The notes: generated by a model from the letters alone, not told the origin. A DNA stretch of 64,000 bases from Euprymna scolopes (GCA_053919585.1 CM132792.1); one strand, 5' to 3'. Counted from the stretch's first letter, positions 25,954 through 39,240 are shown. Numbers and translations are program-made.

Positions 25954-26919
25954 ATGTTTCAGTGCAATCTTAATTCAAGGAGACAATATCATCAAATCCA
26001 AAAAGGATCGATATTGACAAGAGAGTCCAGATTACATTCCGTTTTCTTTAAATAAATTATTCGGGTGTGGTTTCCGCTTCCGACTAAAGTATATTATGCA
26101 TTGTGAATGTGAGCAGTAGGGGGTTTTGGAGGAAGGTGTGATGAAGGAAGGGATTGTCGCTGAGGGGATTGGGGGAAAGGGTGAAGTACGATTTCATGTT
26201 GGTCAGCAATAGTCACGGAGGGTTATTGGTGTATATTAACTTGGCGGTTGTTTTTAGGCCTAAGTTTTCGCTTTGATCAGAAGTAATATTATGCCCTCCC
26301 TGCTGTTATCTATCTCTATCTTTGATTTTTATGCTTGTTTTTTTTCCTTTCCCGACGTTGACTTTACTTTTATTGTTTTATTTCTTTATTTCAATTTTTA
26401 TTTCATACCCCGCTTTTTTATCCGTTCACGTAATTCTCGTTTTCAATTCATTTATTTATTGTGTATTTATAAAATGTATGCACATATGGTTAAATAAACC
26501 GCCAGTACATAGATATAAAAGCATATTTATATGATTTTAATACAGGTGACATACTGGAAGATATTTTCAACTCAATCACGGTGTCTGAATTAATTACAAC
26601 GGCAAAGGTTTTTAATCTATATATAAACATAATTTTAATGGTTGCCGTTCTTAATTTAGGTTGGTTATCTGTTATTTTATACAAGATTATACATATATTT
26701 TATAGGTTTTCATGCTTCATTATAGAGATAGATTTTCCATGTTTGTACACGTTCTATCCCCGAATGTACATTCTGTCAGACGGATTTCATTGGATTTTCC
26801 TCTAGGAAACCAATCAGGAAATCTAGTACACACACACAACTAAAAACACACACACATACAAACACACACACACACACACATATATATGTATATATTTATA
26901 TATGTTTTTTTACACGGTG

Positions 26920-27065
26920 GTCACCACTTATCAAGGCCCGGAAGCCACTTAGGGATAAGGGTTACTGCAAGTACAGTACGTTAGTGTGGAGATTTGATGA
27001 AGTGTTTACTTAAGGGGGCGGTTTATTAGGAATTTGTTAACGTTGAACTTGAAGACATCCATAAT
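26920..27065 (-). mobile_element. 3' end of a second CR1-like LINE subfamily
   Basis: accacttatcaaggcccggaagccact..gggataagggtta is shared with 50260-50305. Minus strand reads DVFKFNVNKFL. Confidence 0.75.
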
Positions 27066-27912
27066 ATTCATATTTATTGAAGTGTTCAAATGATTGAAAG
27101 AAACATTTAAACATTTTCCTTTTGTAATAAATTTTTCAAATATTTTTTTGCTTTTGTTGTGCAAAGAATTCCAAAAGAAATATTTGATTGCCTCATTCGC
27201 AGAATATTTTAATGAAATGTACATTTCTAAAAGAAGAAATTCAATCCACTTACCGCATTTATTTAACAGATGGCAAAATTATTGTTTTCTTTTGTAGTTT
27301 TTGAAATACCTTAAGCGGGACCGTAAGTCAGCCTAATATGTAGTTCTAACGTTTTTGTTTTATGATACTTCAAAAAAGCCGACCGATACAACCTGGTCAA
27401 TTTCACTTTAGTTTTATATATATTTCCTGTTGACTGTGCTTGTTTTATTTTTTTTAAATTTAAAGGTTGACAAGATATTTTTCATTCATTTACCAATTGA
27501 ATAGTGTCGGTAAAAAAAACTTTTAAAATTTGCCAACAGATAAGCGCCACCTCTTTTTAAGTCACCAGTTTGAAAAACCACTGATTTTTAATATGATTTA
27601 CTAGCAAAAAGAGCACTATTAAATATTTTTCTCTAAGGGTTAATTATTCAGCAACTTTTTCATGGATTGAGGTTGTTAGGCTGTTTTATACATTAATAAA
27701 CTTCCCTCACAAATGAAAACAATGTAACCTCATAGCCTCTAAAATTTCGCAACAGTGCAAACAGGTAACTAATCATGGGCCTCGAAATTGAGAAACAGAC
27801 ACATAGCGCTTATGTATGTGAGGGAATAAGAGAACCCATTAGGATAAATAATAATTATCTTTAAAGTAGTTAATAACATTCTTTTATATCATATTAAATA
27901 TGTTATGAATAC

Positions 27913-28061
27913 TTCTATGAGGTTTTTATCATAAATTTGTAACAGCATTAATCTCATTTAAAACAAACAGTTCAAACATAATATATTATGAAAACGTCTA
28001 TGACGTTTTTAGCATAAATTTTTGACAGCATTAATCTCATTTAAAACAAACTGTTCAACTT

Positions 28062-28070
<9 letters not shown>
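27913..28070. repeat. Tandem duplication, period ~83 bp
   Basis: acagcattaatctcatttaaaacaaac occurs twice with matching flanks. Confidence 0.85.
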
Positions 28071-28096
<26 letters not shown>

Positions 28097-29419
28097 CATA
28101 AAAATAATAACTGAACTTTCAATATCTATTTTCTTAAATTAATTAATTGACTTAAGAAGACCAAAGGAGCGTACATTGATCTTGGGTTAAATCTTAACAG
28201 AGGCACCTATTTAATACATGATACGTGAGCGTTTTTTGCTCACAAATGTGTTAAGTATTACTGCTTCCTAGGTCGGAATACATACATGTGCCACGTCTTG
28301 TTGGCTATTTTGGGCCTTAAACTAGTTTTTACAGCTCCTCGCATAGGCCGGTGTCATATTTTGTCGTAAATAATTCCTATAATTTAAGCAACTTTTTTTT
28401 ACTACCAATATATACTGTACTGTAGTGTACTAAGGCTGCATTCGCCCTAGGCAGAGTTAACGGGCTTTCTCAGAAATAGGAAATAGCATGTGAGTAGGAC
28501 ATTTACAAGCACTCACCAGTCAAATGTATATCATTGTTAGGGCAGATGAAAACAGAATCACGTTGACACTATTGTTTTCTTTGGATTCCAAAGTTAAACA
28601 ACAGTGAGCCTGATGAGTACTATTTAGGATAGCAGACGCTATATGTAAACAGATGTTTACTATAACGATAGCATATATGACTTAAATTGTAAGATATATG
28701 TATGTTTCCAATCTTTCACGTATTTCTTAGCAGGCACTATTTTACCTCAAACTTACGAGCAACCGTTAACTTACAATTGGTTATTCGGTTAATCGTTTAT
28801 AATATAAATACATTAATTTAGTAGATTTTAGAGTTAAAAAAAATAATAGGTCTGCTCTTGTCAGGCCTGCCTTGTTTGAAATAGATTAAGAAAATAATAA
28901 TGTTACTCTGTAAAAAGAGTTTTATAAAACTTAAATAACGTTCAGAATAGATTACCTTTAACGTACATGGTGCTCAACACTAGATAGTTGAGTGATTTTG
29001 ACAAGAGGACTATTTACTGTAGCGTATTATTTGAATGTCGCATGTGTAATATCTCGTGGCTGAATCGGTTAAAGCGTGCAGTACTTAATGATACATTCTT
29101 CCTGAACGTAGGTTTACATTTCGACGATAGGGTTACATTTTCTTTGGTGAAGTCTCAAAGATCTGAGCGGTTTGCCGCACTGGAACGTTTATGTAAATGC
29201 TGTAAATAATACCATGACAGTTATTTATATTAAATTGGTCAGTACAAATTGTCAGTTTTATTTCTTAATCCAGATATATACTAAGGTATATAATGGGTAT
29301 GTATTTCAGTCACATAAATCCCTGATGTGCAATTTGTATTTTTTGTGGTTATTAAACAACGTTTTACTGATTTATTTATTATTTGCACATTTGATATTTT
29401 ATTTCATTTAACTTCGCAC

Positions 29420-29590
29420 TTACGGTATCACTGGTAGAATACTTAACATAATTAAATCCTTCTTAGATAAGAGAAAAATCCACGTTGTCCTCGACGGTCG
29501 TTCATCAAAACAGTTGGATATAAATGCGGGAGTGACTCAATGGTCTATCCTTGGACCTCTATTGTTCCTAATATGTATTAATGACCTCTA
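29420..29590 (+). mobile_element. Internal CR1 RT fragment
   Basis: Near-identical to 36248-36418 (tacggtatcactggtagaatacttaac...tgtattaatgacctc). Confidence 0.9.
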
Positions 29591-32500
29591 ACTAAACATA
29601 ATGCCAATGAATGACGTTTGGAATTAAGATTTTGAGGGCTGAATTTGAGTTTACAACACTCTAGATATTTTTTAGAGTAAAATATCTAATTGACTTACAT
29701 TGCTTCGGTCCTCTAATTAATATGTTAAAATGTAAGATGTGATAGTTAGCGATTGGTGAATCAGGATAACACACAGTTTAGAATACTGAAATGGACCGAT
29801 TTTTTAAAAGTTTTTACAATTTGTTCATGTGATGGTTATATCAATACAAGAGAGAAATGTTACCAATTTTTCGACGATCAACGCTGACTGGGTTTTTTTT
29901 TTGGTTACTTCCATTTTATGAGTAAAAGAATATAAAGTATTTTGCCTCCGTAAACAAAAAATATCGGTAACAAAAACGACAACGGTGGAGTAAACGGCAT
30001 TTCGTCGCTCATGAAAACAGATTTCCAGAAATTTTATTCCCGACATACAAACACACAGCCGCACACACACACACACACACTTACGCGCATCCACCGACAA
30101 AAGAAAAAAAAAACACGCATATACTGACACACGAACATACACACACATAAACACACATATACTGACACACGCACTTACACCACAAACACACGCACACATG
30201 TTTACATTGGAAAATCAGTTCATTCATGGTGTTTCTTAGATTTTTACCTGTGGAGGCAGTGATTGTAGAGACTACTTCTCGTTAGTATAGTTGGCAAGAT
30301 TAGTAGCTTGGGGTTTAGGATTTAGGCTTTTTAATGATATCTCTTTTTATGGAGCAATTCTTGTTTTCCGATCTAGGTTTGCTGATTACAGTCTTTAAAG
30401 AGGTACCTTGGTTGATATCTGCATTGTTTTTTTGTTTTTTTAATGACGAAATGTGGTTGGATATTCTCAATTTTACTAAGGAGAAAGTAGAACCGATGGA
30501 AGGTTAAATTTTGGGATTGAGCCATGTTGTTGTCGGCATTGTTGATGGGGGCTAGTGTTGCTACGGGAAGAGCTAGAAATAAGGGGGGTAATTAGTTTAT
30601 CTGGAAGAGGGTTGTTAATATTTTTTTCTTGCTGGTCTTCCTGTGATTTGCGTTATTATTCAGATTAAAGGTTGTATTGTTGAGTAGGTCGGGTCGTGGG
30701 GGTTCATTGCGTAATGATTGGTATGGAACAGGTTTTGGATATGAGGGGGATCGTATTGGTATTGAGGGTAAGGTGGGGTGAGGGTTTAAGTTTGCAAAGG
30801 ATTCAAGGTGCTTATTGAAGATAGTGTGCGTGTTACAAAGTTTGTCGCAGGAGGCTGGCTAGGAAGTGTCTCCGTTACCGTACAAGAGTAAATAACATCT
30901 TTATGTACATAGTGGTTGTTAAGTGGACATGCTCGTTTCCTTTGGTAATAACATTTTGTTTTATGGCGTAGGGGAAAAGGATCACCTGGGCATTTTGCAT
31001 TGTGGGGGGGATTATTGTTTGTGCTAAATAAGGCATGGTGGATTATGATATCTTGACGGAATTTTGTGTTTAGCAAAGTAGCGTATTTATGGGGTTATTT
31101 AAAAGATTTTTCCAAGATTTCGTACACTCATGGGAAATATTTGTTTTAACGTTTGAGCTAAAAGAGGGGTTCAACTATATGTTATTTTCTTTCTTGGTCT
31201 TTTCCTCAGGCAATATTTATTGTGGTTAGTAGGCAGATTTGTGGTGTTGTTGGTTGGGAGGTTGTGAAAGTTGTTGTTTACGTCGTTATTCCTATTTTGA
31301 TATTTCCTTTTAATGCGGGACATTTTGTGGGTCATTAGCTGGCGGTATAAAGGTTGTTATTGATATAATTTATCTTTTCAGTGTATCATAAGTTTCTTAT
31401 GGCATTATAATAGAATATATAATTTTGTTCAAAAGTTTCTCCGTTACTGGATAATTTAGATATTCTTGAGGAGATGGAGGAGATGATTGCTTATTTAAAG
31501 TTTAAGTTAAAAAAAATGGAAAAACCTAAGGTAAAAGTCTCAATCCGCACTAACGCTTTTCTAACAAGCCTTCCCACAAAACTGCTTCCATGGCATGTCC
31601 CTAAATCACTTTGAGGAGGGTAACTATTCATTAGATTTATAACCCCTACAAACTAACCCTGTAACATTTACTAATCAGGCGGGGTCGAAGAAATAACTGC
31701 ATTAGGACCCAGGCGCGGAGTAAACCCTCTCAGGGCTGATGGACCCAGTAGATCCTACCAGATCACCAAAGGAAAACGCTGAAACTAAACCAAAGTCCAG
31801 GGAGGCCTCTCCAGTCTTGGATGACAACCTTCGTAGAGCTGGTGACTAAAACAAATTACCGGTCTGCAAACCCAAATTGCTTAAGAAGTAGATAGGACCT
31901 GTTTATCGCCGGCTTCCATAGTCCTTCTTTGCCTATTAGTAAGGTGCAGAGACACTATCAAAGTAGTGTGGTAGATCTTTTTTCTTGTATAGAGCATTGA
32001 ATGCCGTTACCCCACGCCCGACACATCCGACCCCTTAAAACTGGGAACTTGGGAGTGATGTAGTACAACACGTGCCTGTGCAATTAGATTAGGGTGATCT
32101 TCTTCTGATGGGCTTAGGGTACCGGATTGACAGTTCGTGGTTGCTGTTTCCGACTGGTAGTACATGAGCAATAACTCTTCGGTAGCGCTTAGAGCGGCTG
32201 CTCCATCAACAGTTGTATAATATCGAGATGTTTGTACTGCCATGTCGCGCATGGAAAGGGACCCCGCACTCATCCCCGATGGGCTTTCCTGAGGTCACAG
32301 TCATAGTTGAATAAAGGTCAGCTAATGGTCTACTTGTGTTGCATAATCTCTTGTTCAGCTTCCCCTTACCTAACTGAAAATATTTAAGAACATGATGATA
32401 GTAGAATAAAAAAAAAGCTTAAACCAGACGTAGAAACAAACAAATCCAACTTGCCTTCTCCCTTGAGTCTTGCATTCACGAACATCCGTGGGCTTAGAAC

Positions 32501-34084
32501 TAATTTAGCTGATGCTGGAGCATTTCTCCTAACAAATACCCCGGATATCTTAGCACTAATTGAGACTAACCTACACTCCTCCGTCCCCTCTAACTATTTA
32601 ACATGCCTGGCTATCTCAGACTATGCTGTAAGGACTCTGACAGACATATGCACGGACTTGGAGTCTACATTCGTAACACCCTCCCCTTGACCAGAGAAAC
32701 AAACCTAGAAACGGACGATCAAACCTTTATGTGCTTTAGACTAAACATACAAAACAACATTAGCTAATTTATTTTCTCTACCGCTCTCCCTCGACCCAGG
32801 ACTGCACCATAATAAACAAACTCTCGGACATAATAGACACAGCACTCTCCCTCGACACTAGCACACACGTATATGTATTTGGTGACTTTAATGTTCACCG
32901 CAAAATCTGGCGTGTATTCTCTACTCACACAGATGCATCGGGCAGCACAACACATAGTTTTGCTATATTTCACTCTCTATCACCAAGGGTTACGTTTCAA
33001 ACTCGTTTCCCTGACCAGCAATAACAACACGCATCACTTCTAGATCTGTTTCTGACAACAGTTCAAATGCTACCAGCCCACTCGGGAACCCTGATCATGC
33101 AGTGATAATGGCAGAAATCGCCTTAAATTCTAGACACAAAACTGAAGAGCCAGTGCTCAAACAACGAGATATTATGAAAAGACTGACTTGGAAGCAATCA
33201 GAGATCTTATCAGAGATGCCCCATGGGGAAATATTTGTTTCTCTTCCTGCTGAACAGTGCGCAAATGAGACCACTGAATGGTTCAAAACAGCAATGGAAG
33301 TACATTTTCCCATGCGGAAATTTTATAGCAAGCCCCATTCTGCCCAATGGTTTACTTCGACTTACGCAACTGCCATTGGTCAAAGGCAGCCTGCATACCG
33401 CAGATTTAACCGACATATGTCCAGTTCAAACAGGCAGAAGTATATAGAAGCTAGAAGTAACGTTAAGAAAGAAATAGCGACAGCTAAGAGATTATTTACT
33501 GAAACCACTAAAACATGCGTCGAAGCACAAAAATAAGGAAATCGTGACTTCTGGAAAATCTACAACAGTGTAGTAAATAATGAGCAATAAACAATTCCCC
33601 CACTAAACAACAATCACGAGGTTGTTTGCTCAGCAATTGACAAGGCTAATATACTTGCCAGCCGGTTTGCCTCGATCTTCCAACCTTGACCCTTCCAACC
33701 CTCCCCTGCCTGACTTTCTTTTGCGGACAGACGCCACGCTAGACTATCTGAAAATCACCCTTGCTCAGGTAAACGCTATCATAAAACACCTTGACTCTTC
33801 AAAAGCATGTGGACCTGATCTCATCCCAGCTGTGCTATTAAAAAGGGGCTCAGCCAAAGTAGCTCCAGTTCTCCCCAAACTCTACAACAAATGCCTTAAT
33901 GAATCATGCTTTCCGAGCTGTTGGAAAACTGCTTCTGTGGCACCAGTATTCAAGAATTTTGGCGAAAGAAATGACCCATCAAATTATCGCCCCATTAGCC
34001 TCCTCCCACATTTCGCCAAAATATTTTATACCATAATAAACCATGCTCTAGCCCGGCACGTTATAGATGCTAAACTTTTTACGT

Positions 34085-34546
34085 TACGTCTACATTAGAA
34101 TCAACTTCTTGAACAGTTGCTCGTGAATTGACTTCAACTGCAGCTCTTGAGTGTCGTCAACATCCTATCGACAACCACTACGCTCATCGTCTTCAAAACC
34201 CATTACCGACACGAAATTTCTTAAACCACCATTCCGCATTGCGCTTAGTAGATATTCCTGAGCCAAACGCTTCCTTGATATCGCGAGCTATTTCGGCAGC
34301 CTTTCGGCTTAACTTGAATTGAAATAAGGACATTTTGTGAATTTACTTTATTTTTCATGTTGTATGCAATGTTCTGAAAGGAATACATATTTTTTATAAC
34401 GATTGTAATTTATGAAATTAGATAAAGCGAAAACCTTCTTTTAAATGATATATAACGCAAAGGTATTATACCAACAACTTATTTTAAAATACTTCATTTA
34501 AAACAAAAATTAACAATTTTGCATGGACTTTCTTCTCAACTGAATA
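34085..34546 (-). mobile_element. mariner 5' remnant (TIR plus HTH domain)
   Basis: Minus strand reads LFQFKLSRKAAEIARDIKEAFG...WWFKKFRVG...AVEVNSRATVQE. TIR-like tattcagttgagaagaaagtccatgc. Confidence 0.8.
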
Positions 34547-34691
34547 TTATATAATATACTACATTACCGCTACGTTAACTCTATGTATTCATGCCTGTAA
34601 AGTTGTTTCCTATGTACACGTAAACAGCTGAGTCGTTTTTATGAAATTTCACACAAATGTACCTTATGTATTTAAACTTCAATCCGAGTCA

Positions 34692-35139
34692 TCTATAATA
34701 TAAATTTCACCTGTCTGTTTAAATGTATGTATGTATGTATGTATGTATGTATGCCTTAAACTTTCGAAAGATTGAAAAGTTTTTTAAGCTTGGTCATGCG
34801 GACGACAAATATTGAAAGATGGCTAAAACATTAATTCCTTCACCCTTAACCGGGAACTTTTCTACTGGGAGGGGTCGCTTTTTTCGCCGATATTTTTAAA
34901 GTCATGCCATCTTTTAGATTGACTAGCCTCAATTTAAACATTCGTGCTATTCTGTTCGGCGATGAGTACAACAGCAAAGATGTCACGTTATATTTTATGA
35001 CATTCTTTTCGTCCTTTGAGGTACGAGTTCAAGCCTGCCTGCCTACTACCACTTTTTTCTTTCTTTCTTCCTTTTTATTTTTTTTTTGCTTGACACACGC
35101 CTCCAAACGCCCGGGCAACACCGGACACCCAGACTACTT
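34692..35139 (+). mobile_element. Non-autonomous Helitron-like element
   Basis: 5' tctataata...(gtat)n and 3' hairpin cccgggcaacaccgg. Homologous to 17304-17700 and 53503-53700 on the opposite strand. Confidence 0.7.
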
Positions 35140-35691
35140 ATATATAAAAATAGGTTAATAAAATGAAGAGCATGCTCTCTACAGTGGAATGTAGAATATA
35201 ATGTATTGTGCAATACGTCATACGTAGAGGCACGTAAAGCTTATTCTCCGATGCAACGCGATGGTTTTCCTACTAGACAAGACAATCGATCAATTTGATT
35301 GTAAAAAGTTACAATTTTACTGATTTCGATGACAATAAAAATATGGGATAGTGAAAAATTCATTGATAATAATTCAATCTCGGGCAAATTCAAGTCTCCC
35401 TGCTAATTCATTATATAAAACCGCATTGATAATAAGAAGTAAAATCAGAAAAAATCTAAGCGAAACTGCTATTGAATTTATATTATCCTCGTCCAAACAT
35501 ACAAGAGAGACGCCATGTACTCGAAAAATACAAACAATCACAAAACTTAGAACTACTTTTCGATTAACGTTTATTTGTCATACATTTCTGTTGCAGAAAC
35601 CTTTTTTACACAAGAATCACCACTTATAAAGGCCCCGTATAGTCATGTTGCACCGTGCCTTGTTTGGAGAGAAAAAACGATAAAGCTCGAG

Positions 35692-35810
35692 ATGACCGTG
35701 GCTTAGTCGTAAATTATTCAGCTTACAGATTCAGTGTGTAAAGTTCGACTCCAGTTCGTTCCGCAGAAACACTTTGTATTAGGATGTTGACAACCTTCAC
35801 GTGATCCCTT
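35692..35810 (+). mobile_element. tRNA-derived SINE head
   Basis: A-box tggcttagtcgt and B-box agttcgactcc at tRNA-like spacing. Confidence 0.55.
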
Positions 35811-38800
35811 TTCGTAAATAATCGATAATTTTCTAGATTCTGACTAGAAAAATATAAAAGAAACTAATTCCAACAATAGACCCATCTGATTCATACGAAA
35901 TGAAGTAATGGGAAAGAAAAAGTAAAAGATTCAAAAATAGATTTTAAAATACCACGAAAAAATAAAACATAAATCAAATAAAAATGGAAAAGTTACAAAA
36001 AAAAGAAAAAAAAAAGAAAAAAGAAAAGAAAAAAGAAATCTGACAGAAGAAGATAATCAAACATTTGTTTAATCCAAAAAAAAAAGTTTTTTTATGTGGA
36101 TTTAGACAAGCCCGTTCCACAGCTGACATCCTCACTGTAATCTCTGAACGTATATATCAGTCACTGGACAAAGCGGGGGGAGGGCAGAGCGGTAGCTCTA
36201 TATATATCTAAGACTTCTGACAGGGGTCTCCCCAGGAAAATTAAATACTACGGTATCACTGGTAGAATACTTAACATAATTAACTCCTTCTTAGATAAGA
36301 GAAAAATCCACGTTGTCCTCGACGGTCGTTCATCAAAACAGTTGGATATAAATGCGGGAGTGACTCAAGGGTATATCATTGGACCTCTATCGTTCCTAAT
36401 ATGTATTAATGACCTCCCCGACAACATTGCCTCAGAGATGGTTATATCTGCTGATGACATCACACTCTATAATAGGCATGACAGGAAAACAAATGAACAC
36501 ATATCTAAAGAAATGGCAGACACACTCGAAGATGACCTCTAATCTGTAGTGGGATGGGGATATAAATGGATGGTCACATTCAATGCTACTAAGACTAAAC
36601 TGGTTTCCTTCAATAATTACAAGAAACCTTCTCTGCCACCAATAGCAATGGCCAGTGACTCCCTGTCTGAGAGTACATCTTTCAAACTGCTTGGCCTAAC
36701 GTTCACAGGAAACATGAGTTGGAACAATTATATTGAAAACATTGCCAGAACCGCTGCGGAAAAGGTAGGCTCTCTCTACCGAGCTAGAAAACTACTGACA
36801 TCTGAAAGTATCCTGCACCTCTATAAGGCTACCATTCGCCTATGTATGGAGTGTTTTTGTCACATTTTGGTTGGTGCATCTTCTGCTAGTCTCTCGCTCC
36901 TAGACAAGGTTCAAAAGAGAGTCGCCAATCTGATGGGTCCTGAGCTGGCATTTAAGCTTCAGCCTCTGCCTCATCGACGAAATGTTGCATCCCTCTGCCT
37001 GTTCTACAAGAATTTTAATGGAGAATGCTCTGACGAACTGTAAGCACTTGTGCCCCACGACATAAACACCCTCGACAAACCCGACAGGCAGATAAATCCT
37101 ACCCCTACGCAGTAGAGATCCCTAGATGTAAAAGATCTTTCTATCCCGGTAGTTTCTTCCCAGAACCGGTAGACTTTGGAATTCGATTCCAGGTTCCTGC
37201 TTCCCCAACTGTACTGACGTGCAGAAGTTCAAGTGTAACGTGAACAGGCTTCTTGCTGCCTAGCTCCCCACATAGTACCCCAGTAGATGTTACCCCTGAT
37301 AGTAGCTCCCTACACCAAAGTGGCAATGTGCTTTGTTTGGGGTGAAAATATAATTTAAAAAAATATTGACTGGGGATGGTTAGAGTGTTCATGTCATAAA
37401 GGATAGAGAGGTTAGGTCTGCGATAAAGGATGTATGATTCCGAATAAAGGTTGAGAGAAATATCTAATAAATTAGAGGCCTTCTTATTTGATTCAATGTT
37501 TATAGAGAGACCGAAATTGTTAAAGAAATCCTGTAATTTTTTAAAGGCTTTATTGTATTCTCTAGGCCTTGCTCGTGTAACTAGAAGGGCGGCATCTCTA
37601 TAAAGCCCCCAAGAATTTGAGTGAACTGCGTTTCTAGCTCTTTCAAAAGGAAAATCCTCACTAGATCAGTTACTTGTGCTGGGTCGGAATGGCTTATGAG
37701 GCAATCAAAGTTATTGCGAGTATCATTTCTGGTCCAGTATATATTATGGAACTGAATAAGGGAGCGTCTGCCAAAAAAGATGAGTCCTTTGAAAGGTAGT
37801 TAAATCTTAGTTATTTTTCGCAAAAATTAGAGTTTTATTTAAAAGAAATGGGGGAATGGATTGGTTATAGTTATTAATATCGGAGGTGATAAAGATAAGA
37901 GTATGTTTATCTTTAAGTTTAGTAAACCAATTTATTACATAATCGGAATTTTGTCAAAGCGGTCGATTCAGCTACGGCGGGAAAAATTCAATCTATGATT
38001 CTTTTACTTACTGCTCGGATATCCGAACCAAAGGGGCAAATTAGCCTAATAGCTGGCTTGTCCTGAGAGTTGGGCCTATGATACTTGAGAGTAAACTTCG
38101 GGGTCTCAGGTGTTAGAATTTCTGTAAAGTTATGGGTGTTCATAGACTGTAATATCTTTTTTAGCATCGGTGTTAATTTCATCCAGATTGCCCCAAGGCA
38201 AAATTTTCTATGATCTGTTTAGCTCCTTATATAATAGTTTTTGTAGGTGGTGTAGTACAGTTTATAGTGTTTTTTTTTGTTTTGTCCGCTGGTACAAAAA
38301 TATTGGAAGCATTTTTATCTCATGAGCGAAGTTCTTCTGGTGGTAGGGTTTTGGAAGTTTCTTTGTTTTTTTTTAATTTAATTCTTTTAATTAGATCCAT
38401 CATGCAGTTTTCAAAATCATCGAAGTAGGAGTTGGGGCTGGAGGGCGCTGTTGTTTTCAATCCAAAGAATTAAGGTATTCTCCTTTCTATTTTATTATGT
38501 TTCTATAAGAGTTGATTATGAGTGCAACTTTCAGAGTTTCCGGACGTTGCTGGGGTGAAAGATGGAGGTTAATTTTAAACTTACAGTTCGAATCATGATT
38601 GTGAGCTTTCCATCTAACATGTGTGGGGAAATATTTAACGGACTGGACAAATTTCTGGATATATGCTTTGCGGTGGGGTATTGGATATTTGGGGGAGGGC
38701 TATATTCTTTGCCGAACATATTTGGNNNNNNNNNNNNNNNNNNNNNNNNNNNNNNNNNNNNNNNNNNNNNNNNNNNNNNNNNNNNNNNNNNNNNNNNNNN

Positions 38801-38867
38801 NNNNNNNNNNNNNNNNNNNNNNNNNNNNNNNNNNNNNNNNNNNNNNNNNNNNNNNNNNNNNNCACAC

Positions 38868-38912
38868 TGCACTGAGGATTCACGAAACGATGAAACACCA
38901 GTGTGTAGGTAT
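38868..38912 (+). ncRNA. Degenerate type I hammerhead (PLE pLTR type)
   Basis: CTGAGGA-ttcacgaaacgat-GAAA-cac cagt gtg-TA. Mismatches at the base of stems I and II. Lies next to the 5' end of the split Naiad. Confidence 0.5.
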
Positions 38913-38927
38913 TTCATTATTATTGTA

Positions 38928-38979
<52 letters not shown>

Positions 38980-39171
38980 CTGCTTTCAGGAATATGAATA
39001 ACAACGCTAGGTGGCTGATTCTTGCATTAGATCCCAAATTAAATTGTATTTTTCGCGAAACTAACTAATTTGATTTACTTAGTAAAGAATATAAATTCCG
39101 ATATATGGTATCCCCTTTTTTCAACCTCATATTGTCTATAAGCACGTTAAGAGGAGAATCAGTAATTTAAA

Positions 39172-39240
39172 TAGCGAGTCTCGAAATCGGGATCCCATGA
39201 TAAGAAGGCTAAACCTTTACCACGCGGCTGCCTCGCCTGA
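39172..39240 (-). mobile_element. tRNA-like SINE head
   Basis: Minus strand ggcgaggcagccgcgtggtaaagg...cccgatttcgagactcgct (A/B-box-like). Inverted homolog at 39301-39340. Confidence 0.55.

Larger units (their letters stand above)
31510..37350 (+). mobile_element. CR1-clade LINE copy 1 (~0.9 kb leader plus APE-RT ORF2, decayed), interrupted at 34084-36094
   Basis: LAFTNIRGLRTN, LALIETNL, YRSPSTQDC, GDFNVH, KACGPDLIP, NYRPISLLP, GVTQG...INDL, ADDITL, RRNVASLCLFYK. 3' end ...ttggggtgaaaa. Possible TSD atttaaa. Confidence 0.93.
30235..38725 (-). mobile_element. Decayed Naiad-type PLE split by a CR1 insertion (own sequence 37365-38725 and 30235-31500)
   Basis: Right part: FTLKYHRPN..IRLICP..SKRIID, AQVTDLV, GLYRDA, LLDISLNL, HSNHPQSI. 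Left part resumes AIISSISSRISKLSSN, then PLFSSNVKTNI, CPLNN..VIYSCTV, SIGST..KLRISNH, RSSLYNHCLHR. Confidence 0.85.

Noticed and set aside
24915-25973. ORFs containing X runs (also 38531-39068, 58496-58774, 60226-60573)
   Set aside because: They are artefacts of N gaps.
28604-28660. gcctgatgagtac hammerhead-like start
   Set aside because: There is no GAAA after the possible stem II.
31734-31805. ctgatgga...gaaac in the LINE leader as a hammerhead
   Set aside because: The core is non-canonical and copy 2 reads ctggtgga.
35692-35770. Functional tRNA gene
   Set aside because: A/B boxes are present, but there is no complete cloverleaf; treated as a SINE head.
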